From NCBI GenBank assembly GCA_046563655.1, contig CM102285.1:3410001-3474000 (forward strand): a stretch of DNA of 64,000 nt. The letters run 5' to 3'. The notes below the pieces were generated by a model. It made no database searches. It saw nothing but the letters and a program-made list of their open reading frames with translations, and was not told the DNA's origin. A program made the position numbers and the translations under genes. This document shows, piece after piece, positions 24,801 to 37,900 of this stretch (its first letter is position 1; every line of letters starts with the position of its first letter). This DNA is from Yuukianura sp. NJ FZ-2021. Lineage: Eukaryota.

Positions 24801-26635
24801 GTAATCGTGTAACTTGGCATTTTAGGACCAATGCCTTTGTCCTTCTGGTGATCCTGACATGCGTTTCTGGCATTTTCAGTTTTTTTGAAAGCAGAAATAC
24901 CTATGCCATTGTTATCTTACGCTGGCTTTTTGTACTTTTCCATGCCCTCGGAACGTTGGCATTTTGTATTGGCTTGTTCTGCTTTGGGACAATCAAGGAA
25001 TCGGGTGAGATATTTTTGGGCATACAATTGTAATGGGTGCTTGAAACTCTGAAATCCGTTCCTAGCATTTTGTTTCAGAGAACCTAAGGGAAAAGTTTGC
25101 ATTCATTTGCTGCACAATCAACGTCCATAAAGATTTTTTTTGATCAACTTGAAATAAACTTGTTGGAATCAGAATAGGGGTTTGAAACAGCCAGCATTCA
25201 TGAAATCATAAAACAACGTAAAATATGACGCAGAAGTTTATTTAAGGAACTAAATTTAATGCAATTAAAACAGCAATTAAACATTAATATAAGAGATTAA
25301 TAATAATAAAGCATGTACAATTCTTTTTAACAGAAAATGGAGCTTGGGTGTTGGAGTTTTACAATGGACCGAAAGCTCTTGCTCGGCAGTTCTTACGGTG
25401 TGCGGTAAGCATAACTTGACAACATCATCATCATACCAAGACGGACAAATTTTACGTTTTCTTGTTTTGTCCATTTTAGTGCCGATCAATTCCTTTTTAA
25501 TGCTTTTATATTCCGAATTTCATTTCCTATCTTTTCACTTTTCGAACTTTTTTACTGTTACATGTGACCTCATTACTTACGGCCAAATTATTTCGACTAT
25601 ACTACGCGGAATCGTACGTCGCACGGCCGATGACCTGAGTATAACATAGTAAAATTACTTACTGGGATAAGTATTGTGATGCACGCAACTTGAAACACTT
25701 CCATTGGTTGCTAAAAATGAATAGCTTCGAAAGGAGAATTGCTTCGGCAAATTTCTTTCTAATAATGTTAAAGGATACGTTTTTTAGAAGTAAACTACCT
25801 AGAAAAAGGTCATTTTGTTAGAAGCAATTCATTTGAAACCTTTTCAATTGCGACCAAATTACCTACTACGCTTGAAACTTACCAAACTAACACCTTTACA
25901 GGGTCCGCCAGCAGTGTTTGTACGACCAAGCAACTTGATACTGGGTACCAAAATTTTGCAATTCGTAGTTACTTTCTTCGCCAACCTTTTGTCTTCTCTG
26001 GTCTTTGCAATTGCTCATAAAGACGACTTTGCGCACTTCTTGCTCGACTTGCTCATCCTCAACATTGCATTGGTCCTCGTATTCTATGTAATTTGGAGAG
26101 TAAGTTTGTTGTCTGCCTTTTTTTAACATTTTATTTTTATAGTTTTTCAACAGTAAAAAAAATATATTTAAAATTTTATGTTGATCAAGATTATTTCAGC
26201 TAATGTTTTTTAATTGCTTTTAGGTGGTGTTTCACTATATCAATAGCAGACGACGCAGTGAATTGCCAACGAATGAGGACAGTACTTGCCGGTTTGTGTG
26301 TCAATCTTTGATTTACTTTGGTGCTGGAATAGTCCTGTTTGCATTTGCTCTTCACAAGTTCAATATCAATCTAACTGACTGGCAGGCGACTCCAGCCCAG
26401 TCCAGAGCATTCAATCGAGAATGTTCCCAATTTTGGCAAGACTACGATGAACACGATGTTTGGCATTTCCTCTCCGCAGCAGCACTTTTCTGCTTTTTCC
26501 TGGTGAGAAAACTCTTCAACAGATTTAGGAACTAATTTGTTTTATTTGGAATTTTGGATAATGCATTTTTAGGGATTGCTTACGATTGATGACGCTGTGA
26601 TTCTGCAAGAAAGAACCAAGATTCCAGTCTTTTGA
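21806..26635 (+). CDS. SID-1 transmembrane family (SIDT/sid-1-like, CREST superfamily) protein, multi-exon
   Basis: Motifs CYFNELC...DFNHFISN, YAMGMSLIAEGLLSSAYHFCP...FQFD, TPAQSRAFNREC...DEHDVWHFLSA and C-terminus LLTIDD...KIPVF*. Signal peptide and ectodomain exons lie upstream. Confidence 0.95.
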
Positions 26636-27569
26636 AATTAAACTTGTAGAGGAAAAAGAGAAGATGAAGAAAATAAAATAAACCCAATGTCTGCTTTTGC
26701 TTGTTTTTTAAACATAAGCAGCGAAACTGAGAATTAATACAACGTTAAGAATTAGTTAATTTTCGGCCAAGATCTGAAAAGTTTCTAATACTCTCGATAA
26801 TAAATATTGGCCAACTGATTTTCCATTAATGTAGTAAACCATTAGACAGCTTGAGACCTTCACTTGTGACCTTCAAGCATAAAGTCATAGGACATAAAGG
26901 CAACTTTTCATTTTTAGAACTCTAAAGAAACATAACTGAAAAACTACTTCACTTTGGTTTTCTCTTGAACAAAGGTTTGCAGTAGAATTATCACTAATGT
27001 AATTTTTTAGCTAAAACAATCCTCTGCTTGACAAATTTCGAAGTTGATTCAATTTTCCAGTTGATCCAATTCCATCTCTGATGGAGTTATTCGCTTACGC
27101 AATCCTTCCAGTTAACAAAATGACTTAAAAGTGTGTACAATGGTTATCTAGCCTAAATTTCATAATAACTTAATGCTATGGTGGTTTGGTACGCGTGGTA
27201 GTCGTAATGATATAATTTTGAAGTATTATTTTGACAATAAAATAACTTTAATGAAGAAGCTTTTTTAAACCTTCTAAGAAGCTCTTTGCGAATAAACTAC
27301 ATTACCATGTTACACGTTGGCCTAATAATCTTTATTTGAACAATGATGTTTCAAATGAAATAGCTATGCAAACAAGCGTGCCTTTACTCAGAGTTCAAAA
27401 ACCTAACTCTCAAAAGGAAGGTCAAGCTATTAGTTTTACATTTTGTGTAACAAAAATAAAGTTTGCGCCCCAAAATTCTTCCAGTTTCAAAAGTGTTGTA
27501 TGCCGGACCGTCCAACTGGTTACGTTTAAATTATACCCCAACGTATACAGATTAATTTTTTTTTCAAAA

Positions 27570-28899
27570 ATGCAGGGTATTTGGCGGTTTGTTCGAAAGT
27601 GTATTTCGTTTTTAGAGTTGGACTCCACTGTGCAAATTGTGAACACAATTACCTACAAATGGGCAAGTTCTTTGTACTTTTGCTCCTACGAATACAAAGT
27701 GGAATATTTAAATCCTGACAGTCTTAAGCCTACCAAGAACTCCTATACTGTTGACATTGTTTCTTGGATGCTAAGCCTTGTTCTCACTGGATTCGTGCTC
27801 ACTTTCTATGCCCAATCCTATTTTGAGAACGTTACGCAAACGGAAAGCCTATTTATCGTATTTACTAGCACAATTCTCGTTGCGTATAACATTAGTCAGT
27901 GGTTTTTCCTAGGAAAATCTCGTAGAGAAAGCGGCCGACAAATTATCAATGTGGTGTTGGCTTACCAGTTCCAATACGCGAACAGTCTAACTACAGTTTA
28001 CAAAATTTGTTGCGGCATTATCATGTGTATTACTGTAGTTTACCCATTACTGTTCTTACCTTTACTGTATACAGTTTCGTGGTACTTTCCGCGGTGCTTT
28101 GTATTGCTCTTGACGTTCGTCCAAGCTGTTGTTGACCTGATGACCTCTGATCCTTCCATCCGTCCTTTCGCTTACGAAGTGTTCAAATTTGTAGTCTTTT
28201 CCACCATTGCCACGTCGATGGCGCACGGCCTTGTGAGTATATGCATTGCAGGGCACTGGATAGTTGTCTATCACTTTACCATGAGTTCTACCTTCAAATC
28301 CGAACTGGAATCACAAGATCTGTAAGATTCATGCTTACATTATATAAAATTTACATAGTTATAAAAATGAGTGTATCGTTGCATTGTACATAACTTTATG
28401 CAACATACGTTTTTATTTTGGCAGAATGGAAAACTATGATTCTCCTCTAGATACGACACTAGAATCAGACTGCGTGCAATACTTAAAACTTAAATGCGTC
28501 GAGAAGGCGTATTTGGCCACTTTCAGTGATTTTGTATCATGTGTATTGGTCCTCATGATCATTATTACTATTGTGGCGACTTACATAATACTAAACTACA
28601 AGCGCTATTCGCTTATTGTTGTTCCCGTCGTTGCAGTTCCGGATGTTTGCCTGACAATTATAGTGCTTTCTCTTATGATGAAAGTTACAGCGGCTCATCT
28701 TGCCTCAAAAGAATTGATTAGAAAGTCGCAATGCAAGTATCAACGGATCTCTAACCTGCATCATAGGTTCTGGAATGGAATGACGCCAACCAAGGTCACC
28801 GTAGGAAATTTCTACAGTTTTGAATCTAAGGAACTCATATTGGTCATCTACGGAGATATTGTTCTCGAGTGTATTGTGGATTTACTGTTAGCATTTTGA
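27570..28899 (+). CDS. Divergent 7TM chemoreceptor-like protein (gustatory receptor superfamily), 2 exons (intron 28322-28424)
   Basis: About seven hydrophobic segments. C-terminus PTKVTVGNFYSFE...IVLECIVDLLLAF resembles the arthropod GR TM7 region. Phase-2 intron is in frame. Confidence 0.65.
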
Positions 28900-29357
28900 A
28901 AATACATGACCATATGCATCAATCTTGTTACATAATTTAGACTATAAAGTTGCCTAATATTGCACCAAGAGAAGGTAGTCAACCCATGTTACGCCGTGAT
29001 ACACGGTACATACACGTCTCCCGTCTACATTCCCTACTAATTTTCTGCGGAAATATCATATAAGCATTACTTACGCACTTGAAAAGTAGTATATGTACTA
29101 CTATAATTCTAGTAAGCCTTAAAGTAGAATGTCATTTCGTTTTTATTTTGTCGAATGTTGTTGAAAATCTAGTAGAGCAATAGAACTTTTGTTGTGTGAA
29201 TCTCCCACCGGATTACCTAGTTGCGATTGGTTGATTGCAGATTACATATTAGCACATGTGTGTACATGTACATAGTAGATTATATGGCGAAACAGAAGTC
29301 AATCTAAGAATTTGATGATATGGTAACTTCTTGTTAACAATTCAAATATTGTATGAA

Positions 29358-32010
29358 TTAACTTTTTGTGTCAATTATTCTTGTTGTTCTTCGTCCAGGT
29401 TTTCGTATGACTCCGTCATTCCAGGGCTGAACTTTTCCAGACCCAAAAATAATGAAGACAAGATTTCCAATTATGTGAATTGCGGCTCCCAGACCAAATA
29501 TTTTTCGCCACTGACCAACGGAAGGCTGACAAAAAATTCAACCATTAAGAAGGCAACAGGAACAGGACATAAGTTAATAAAACCATACATCATATAGGTA
29601 ACAACGCATTAGAATTTATGTAGTTTATGCAGTCCAGTGAACGACAACTAAAACCATACACCTGTAGTGAAATTCTTTAATTTCGCAACAGTGGAGGGAA
29701 ACGGGAAAACCAGTGAAATTACGCGATTTACAAAAATTTCAACTGAGCTCAACTGAAGTTTCACATTTTGAGTTACATTTCCCGCCATGTTTTATGTAAC
29801 TTGTTACAACTTGTTTCTACGGAAACAACATAGGGATGTAGGGTTTTAGCTGGCACTGGCACTCACTGTATATGATGCATATGTATATGATGTACGTTGC
29901 GCGTTGCAGAAAATCGGCATACATTAGTGCATACACAATAGAAGTATATACAATAGTATATATATGTAGTAGTATCTATATGGTGGCAGTACATGTAATA
30001 GTAACAATTATAGTGTATACAAACTTACGTTGCCTTGTAGTATGTATCCAGCAATGCTAGGCTAATTAAAGAAAATTCAAAAATACTTGTTTAGGTTCCC
30101 GCAAATATGAAATGAAAGGAATAAAACTTGGCAGAACTGACGGATAGAAATCCTGGAAGAGTTGCAATTGTGTTCCCCAGCCCAAATAAAATTCCTGCAA
30201 AATTCGGTGCTATGTCAAGATGGTTACAGAGAACTCCACCGAAAACAGCTCCAATACAACCACATGCTAAGACTAGCAACACCACCGCTGCTGTCGCATT
30301 GCAACCAGCAAAAGCAACACCCAGCATGCACAAAGCTGAGCCTAAAAGCGCTGTTTTACAAAATAAAAAATATTGGCAATATTTTCATTTTTTTAAACCT
30401 GTGGGTTACTTTAGCCGTATTGACTTACCAATTGTTGTGTTAATTTTTCTGACGGTGATGGTTGAAATAATATCCCTGTTCTGCAGAATGTCGCCAATTT
30501 GGATTATTATCATAGACATAAGCCAACTACACGCATGCGGCAGAGCCGAAATCCAGCTACTCTGTTAAACAAAAATAAAGACAATTTTTAGAATTTATCG
30601 ATTTCAGTATATTTTCAAAATGCATTAAACTAAATCCGTAATCAATTCTGACATAGCCTTACACTTTGGAGGTCAAAATGTAATACAGTCTTCAGATACG
30701 TTGGAGTCATAATGAGCAACGTGTAGTAACCCCATGTACTCGCTGGTTGACATACAAATATTGCCCACATTGGAACGCTTGTAAAGATTGATCTCCATGG
30801 AGTTTTGCACTTGTTCTGAAATTTTACCAAAGATTCTTACAAAAAAAATAAATTTTCGATTTACAGGAAAACTACAAAGCACCGTTGTACTCACCGTACT
30901 GATGAAATTGCATAGTTCCTAAGTAGAATCATTTTTCGTTGTTGTTTGTTTTGTTACTACTTACAGTATTTATGATATGCTGATCGGCCAAACTGAGCTC
31001 GATTTCTTTAAATTCCTGGTCAGAAATGGTGGGATGTGATGCTGGTGTATCATAAATGAGCCAAAACCAAACTCCTGTCCATAAAATTGTTACGACGCTC
31101 GTAATATAAAAAACTGCGGGCCAACCTAAGTAGTATGCAATGTTTCCACTGGTGAGCAAAGTCGCTGCTGAACCAAACGGCATTCCAGCATATATAAAAT
31201 TTGCAAACTTTCCGCGTTCTTTTGGAGGTATCCATTTTGCAATAAGGACGTGTACAGCAGTAATGCAAATTCCCTGTGATTCAAATACATATTTTCCATG
31301 TGTTTTTAAAATTGGCAAATCAAGAATTTGCTAATACTGACCGTATATAAACGTTTTGATTTGTTGTAAATTTTTCTCATACCCCAAACAAGCCCTGAAT
31401 TATACGAATTGCTGTTAGAAAGTACGGTCCAGCAGATGAGGCAATAGGAATCAAAAGTCCTGCCAACGCTGAACCAAGCATTGCACCTCCAAAAGGCCAT
31501 TTCCCGCCAAATCTTTGTGTCAAAAGTCCACCCGGAAACATTGTCGTAGCGTAACCCCAGAAGAATGACCCCAAAATAAATCCAACAGTTTTCTCATCCC
31601 AGTTAAGGTCTCCTTGCGGCAAATTCGTATGTTCTGCTTCCGAGTCGACTTCTTGAACAGGACAACTTTCACTGAACTGTTCTCCACTGGAATTTGTACT
31701 GATGTTTGAAAACAACCCGGTCAACTTTGTAGCTTCAAGTTCCGGTAACGAAATTTCAGCCTTAGTTGAATTTACCATCACTACAATTACTATGGACAGA
31801 TTGAAGCGTAAGGCGTAGCTGAGGCTCATGCCTGTGAATGCCATCAGAGCCAAAATATGACGCTTTCCAATCACAACTATACAAAACAATTAATTTCTGA
31901 TATTGTATTAATACAAATTAGGCTAAATAGTTGTTACTGTTACTGTTGTTATGTTTACCAGAGGGTTTGCGAAATTCAGTAGAAGCGGAAGCCCATGCTT
32001 GAAGAACCAT
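29358..32010 (-). CDS. SLC17 anion/phosphate cotransporter (sialin/Picot-like MFS), multi-exon
   Basis: Motifs YALRFNLS, ILGSFFWGY, KWIPPKER, GWPAVFY, TPWRSIFTSVPMWA, NHLDIAPNFAG and last exon QWRKIF...GSGKVQPWND...TKS*. Confidence 0.93.
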
Positions 32011-32709
32011 TGCTGTAGAAACCCTAAGATGGAATATCTCAGTTCCGAAGTTTGGTCAAAAGTAGGAATGCACGAATGCACCGCCTATTCATTATCGTTA
32101 GACGTTTTCCAAAAAATAGTGAGGGAGATTTTGAGTGACAGGTATTGGACAACCATAAGAATGACACATGTCAAAGTATCCACTTAATATTATCAATTGC
32201 ATTTTCAATTGAAACAAAGCTAATGTGACACGCGAAGGCACTGGTATACATTGAGAATGTCATCGAATTTATTAAAGCGTTAAATAACGTCAGTCAGGGC
32301 TTGTTAAGGGGCTATTTGAGAAACTATTTAAAAGGATAAAGCGATTGAAATTTTTGCATATTTCAACATACATGTAGGCGATCCTTAACATTTAGTAAAA
32401 TAACAAGTGTAATATTGTGTGACAACGTAATGAATCATGCCTTTTTTAGAGAAAAGCAGTAGTGAAAGTACACAAAATAGAAACATTCAAATGTGAGCTA
32501 TAGGTACTTAAAAACAAAAAGCTGACAAAGTTTCAGACTATCCCCAATTTTCATTGCATAAAACTTTTGAAACCGAGATTTACAAGTAAATACCAATCTA
32601 AGTATTACACAAATGTTGGTTGTTCTTCTTATTATATTTTTATGCTCCTGTAATATTTTGTATCGCTGTATTTAGTCTCATTATATTATTTAACTACGTT
32701 AATATACGA

Positions 32710-32994
32710 CTAATAACAAGATCTATCTTCCAGATACCACTCACCCCACATACCCCCTACCCCTCGATTAATGCATAGCGTAGGTGTCCTACATATTCCG
32801 CCGGGACATCCAACAGTAACCTGGCACGCCACCATCCAGTCTCCATGGATGTTCCAAAGACGAGAAGTATATTCGCGCCTACCTGGTCTGGAGCACTCGC
32901 CACTAGTGTAAGTACCCCAATTAGCACCCTTTGTCAAGTTCTCTCCAAGCACAAGGATCACAATACATAGAACATACAGAAATGTACGAATCAT
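32710..32994 (-). CDS. Small intronless secreted Cys/Trp/Gly-rich protein (94 aa)
   Basis: ATG at 32994, hydrophobic signal peptide, mature region with 6 Cys and 5 Trp (C..PGRREYTSRLWNI..DW..AC...C.NRG.GGMWGEW...DRSC). Confidence 0.8.
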   Translation of the reverse strand: MIRTFLYVLCIVILVLGENLTKGANWGTYTSGECSRPGRREYTSRLWNIHGDWMVACQVTVGCPGGICRTPTLCINRGVGGMWGEWYLEDRSCY

Positions 32995-33210
32995 TATCCG
33001 TTCCCGATTCAAACTTGTGACAGATTCAAATCAGGAATCCATTTATGACTAGTGATTGGCCGCGGTCAAATTGGTTGTGTTGTTATTGCCATGTGACGTA
33101 ATATAAAGTCTGTCATCCAAGGAAAATAGTCGTTATCTAAAATAAAATAAAACGGGGTTTTAGTAAAAGAATGTCATTCTAAGTGTTGTAGAAGTGAACA
33201 TAGGTAGTCG

Positions 33211-33481
33211 TGTCATTGGATCTTAAGGATTAGGTATATAAAATTTAGGAAAACACAAAACAGGTAGGCCAGAAAAATGTAAGCAGTGTATTTACATAAG
33301 CAATACTATTTTGCTAGCAATATTTTCACCAATTTCGAGCTAAGTTACTTAAAAAATTCTGCTTTACTTGAACGTTTTTTTTACTGTATTGTTTATGCAA
33401 ATACACTGCTTATGGTTTTCCGACATAAATGCTTTGTGCTTACCTAATTTCTACTTACCTAAGTGTCCTAATTTAATGGCG
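33211..33481. repeat. Degenerate long inverted repeat (fold-back/MITE relic), ~95 bp arms
   Basis: taagcagtgtatttacataagcaatac (~33280-33306) pairs with gtattgtttatgcaaatacactgctta (~33387-33412). Alignment continues outward through ttaggta...ttagg versus cctaa...tacctaa. Confidence 0.65.
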
Positions 33482-34900
33482 TTTAGAAACGCAGTGCAAT
33501 AAGTAAGAAATTTTACCAAATCGTGAGGGTTTCTCACTTGTATACGCTATATACGTTCTTCGGGAATCCTTATTCAAACTGGAATTAAAAGTGAAATGGA
33601 ACTGGAATATCAAATTACAAAGAACTCAGCCGAAACTAGAGTATGTGTGTTATATTTAAGTGAGACTAAACTATATAGTAATTACATATATTAACCTAAC
33701 TGTCTGGTACAACTAAAACCGTTGCTTCAATTTATGTGGAATTACATTTAGCAAGGAAATGGAACACTCAGTGGGATGCACCCAGAGAACCACAAAAAAT
33801 GTCCTCATTTATAGGAACGCAAAATTAGTAATTAAGATTTTACTCGTCTTCATTAGGGAAATCACTCTACCAGTTTTAAAAAACTCTTTCAAATAAACTT
33901 TACCTTCATTCCATGCTAATTATGAGCCAGAATACCTTTTGGATAACTCGTTAGCCCAACGCAAAAATATCTCAACTCATAAATTCATAATACTAACTAA
34001 ATTCCTATTTGACGCATGAAATGGTATGCAAGTAGAGAGAGTTTAGGAATACAAAAGCACAAAAATTTTATGGTCTATTTTTTCCTGAGGAGCAAGCAAG
34101 TTTCAGACTTCGTATCAAGCAACATAAACGATATACGTTCCAATGCTTCTCGGGGGTACTGTACACTTTCAGGGTCTGGTACACTTTCAGCAATTAGCAT
34201 GTGTGTTCGACTAAACTCAAACAAGCTTTGGTATATTCCCATTGCCGGATGAAATTCAGCAAAAGTTCAACAGTTTCATTTGACCTGAAATTTGTAAAAT
34301 ACATAATCTTCAATTTAGTTTCACCATATCATATTATTAACAACTACAAAGACGTCGCCAAACTTCAGAACCGTGAACAATTCTTCTGTTTGTATCTACT
34401 TTCTAAGTAAATCGTGAGCTTCACTTTTTTTGCAAACGATTGGATAAAGAAAGACGATGATCCTCAGTTCTTTAGGAGCAATGGAAAATTCTAAAAAAGA
34501 GAAAAATAAAACTGTTCTAAATTTAGAACTTCGACGACGACAGATTGAAGCCACAAGCTGAACAAGAATCAGAAACACGCGCTAAGATCTATTCAGTATC
34601 TTCCCAGAATTAGACGCTGAGTAAGTATCTTTTTGCAAAATAAAAATGTGAAGCTTAAAAATAGGACTCTTGATATTATTTAAGGTGAATTTCAGTTTCT
34701 TTCTTTCAATTTGAAATTGAAGTTTGGAGTGTTTAAGAACTTTATCGCCTAAATCTGTAACTGAAACTCAAGAAACACAATCTAAAAACAATTGAAATAT
34801 CTAACGCTTTGGATCTTTGAAAGTTTCTTTTCTTTTCTTTCAAAATCCTGTATATTTTTACATTCGGAGTTTGCACTAACTAAAACCAATTAAATGGAAA

Positions 34901-37900
34901 ATGGATAGTACAGAACCAGTTAGTATGAACGAAGGTGATGACCGACCAAGTGAGTGCGAGCGACTGCAGGTCAAATGTCTCCGATTGGAAAACAAAGTAA
35001 GAATTTGCTTTCATTCCATTACATACAAAGTCTGTGATAAATTTCTTAAAAATCTTCTTCTTAATCAAATTTGCAGCATTTAAGTCAACAATCTTGTTAT
35101 GTACTGCAGTAAATCACATTTTGTTCATATAAATACTGATTAAAATTTTCAGGTGAAAACTTTGAAAGACGTGTCATCAATTCGCAAAAATTTGTTGGAA
35201 ATTCGAGAACGCGAAGCAAAAGATCTCATTCGGAGACTAGATGCCATTGAACAGAATTTAAATCGCGAGAGGGACCTTCGTTTTGAACTGAAAGGGAAAT
35301 TGAACGAAGCTGAATCGGAATGTCGGTACCTTACGGGCAAATTGTCCGAGAAAGATGTCGCCATGGACCAAGCCAAAGCTATTTACGAGAAGAGGGTTCG
35401 AGGAATGGCAATTCAGTTGGATGATGCGGCCGAGTCTCTTCAAAGAGTCATGCGGGAAAAAACGTCTCAAGCTGAAATTCTGAAAAAGATTTTAACTGAG
35501 TCGGAGCTTTTTCGGGGTGAAATGGATTCAAAACTTGTTGAAATGGAAAACGAAAAAGAAGAGCACAAGAATGTCATCGATCAACAAAACGGCGATATTG
35601 ACGAGCTCAAAATGGCACTGGAAATGGCTCTCGTCGAAAATTCAAGACTTAGACAAGCAATGATGAGTTACCGTTCTGAAAATGCAGATCAACCAGAATC
35701 ACCGTTAGAACAAAATTTGACAAATCAAAATCAACTACAACGTAATTTTGAGCAAACAGTTAAGCAGTCGTCGTCAGGAATTCGGAATTCAGCAGAAGCA
35801 GAAAACTGTCATTCGACAACAGTTGAAGTGCAGGATTTAATTCAGAAACTTGAGCAATCAGAAGCTGCTGATCTTGTGCAACCGTCAGGTGAAATTTTAC
35901 TGCCCAAAACGCATTTTATGCAAAATAAAATTTCGTTATGTTTCAAATATGAACAAAAGGAAAAACGCTGAAAATGTTTTAAATTTCAGAGCACAAGGAA
36001 AGCCAAGTGACGTTGGTTGAAACAAATGAAATCGAATCAAAACCAGATTTGAGCGTCAGCGAGACTTTCGCAAAGCTTCAAGATCTGATAGTCGAGAAAA
36101 AAGTTCTTCAAAGTGAAATCCATGGACTTAAGCAACTCGGCAAAAAATTGGAATCCAAAGTAAAAAAAAAACATGTTTTTTTAAAAAGTTTTGCGCAATA
36201 TTCTTGAACGAACTCATGATAGTTGGAACTCAGAAATATGATTTTAAATAGGTTGACAGACAGTCACATCGGCTTTATTTGGTGAGCTTGGAAGTCAACA
36301 AAACTTGGAGACTTGTTTCAAAACTACGAGCTCAATGTGGCCAGCTTCACACGTCAAAATCTGTTCACAAGTAAAATCTTAACTCTTTTAAAAAAATTCA
36401 AGAAACATACACTCCCCTAAAATTTCTTTTAAAATTTGACCCCCAAAGCTTTTTTCTTTGCATTATATTTTTTGCATACTATTTTCTAAGGTACGAAGTT
36501 CAAGAGAAACGTCGCTTTGTAGAAAAATTGAAAAAGGAATTAGGAGCCTCCCGTCAAAAATGGATGAAACTTCGTGAAAAAAATGCTGCTTCACAAGTAG
36601 AGCTGGACAGCATTCGGGACGAATTTGCACGACGTCGAGCAGAAGTTTGTGAGTCCCGAGAAAGCGCGTTTTTTGAAGATTCGTGTTCAACTACTGCGTC
36701 GTCCGTTGACGAAGATCAACTCGACGTAGAAGATACGCAGGAGGTTACAAGCTTCGAAGATGATTTGCCAGCCGACCTTCAACTGAAGCCCACGCTCACT
36801 CAAAGTGACGCAGATCTGACTGTGGATGAAGATGGAATTCCCGACTTGCCCTCCGACCTTGAGCAAGAGAGGCCCGAAGAGGCTATCAGTGCCAACTTCT
36901 CCTACGGAGGTATTATTTTAATAGGTTTTTGAAAAAAGCTATTTTAAAAAAGACAAAGGCAACAAAAAAGTTCTGGTTTTGTTCTAAATTAATTAGTTTT
37001 TTTGTTCTAATTTTGTTGTAAGATCTCATCGAACGTAGAGCTCGTCGTCTGCAACAACTGGAAGAAGAGTGTCATCTTTTGTTCAACAAATTGAAATCAA
37101 GTCGAGTTAGAAATGCGACGTTAGCCTTCAGATTGGCAAATCTCCATAATCACTATGGTTCGGACAATCACTCAGAAGATTCGGCTCTAGATGGAGAAGA
37201 ACCCGGTAAAATATTTGAATTCAAAACTTTTCTGTTTTTTGTTAATCGTCAGTTCATAGTGTTGTTGCCAATTTTGAAAAAGTGCTACACATGTGAATTG
37301 TTCTTGAGTTAAGACGTACAACTTTGGAACTTTAATAGAATCTGCATGCTCTCAAGCGTGATTTCTCTAAAAATAGGAGAAAAGGCGCAGGATGTGTTTG
37401 TTTCTTTAGAAATTTTTTTTTTCATGAATTTTCCAAATGTGTTTACGTTTTCGGTCGATAGCTCAGAAATTATTTTCTTTCCGTTTCCGTATTTTTGTAA
37501 CTTTCCATTTCAAATTTTAAAACTAAAAAAAAACACGTTTCTATCAAGCACGAACAAAACAAGCCGAAATCTGTCCCAAAATTACCTGAAGCTGTCGAAT
37601 AATTTAAATGCCTAAGAAATCTAAAAGTTTTAGGCTTTGTTTGTGTGTGTGTTTAAATGCTTGCGATTCTAGGTTATGAAGTACGGCATTTTGTATTTGT
37701 GGCAAGAAACCAAAAAAATGAGGGAACAAAAAATTTAGTTTTGAAAAAATTATTTAATAACTTTTTTTTTGTTTCTCAGAACTCCTGAGCGAAGCTTCTG
37801 GTGACACAGCCTACGAGAGTCGCAGTGATGTCCTGTTGTTACCAAACGGTGAAAATGAACAAGATGACACTGAACTGGCATCTGACATTGACGAGGTCAT

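Noticed and set aside
34456-34620. Upstream ORF as first coding exon of the FYVE gene
   Set aside because: It stops (TGA ~34559) before the donor at 34621; more likely a 5'UTR exon or uORF.
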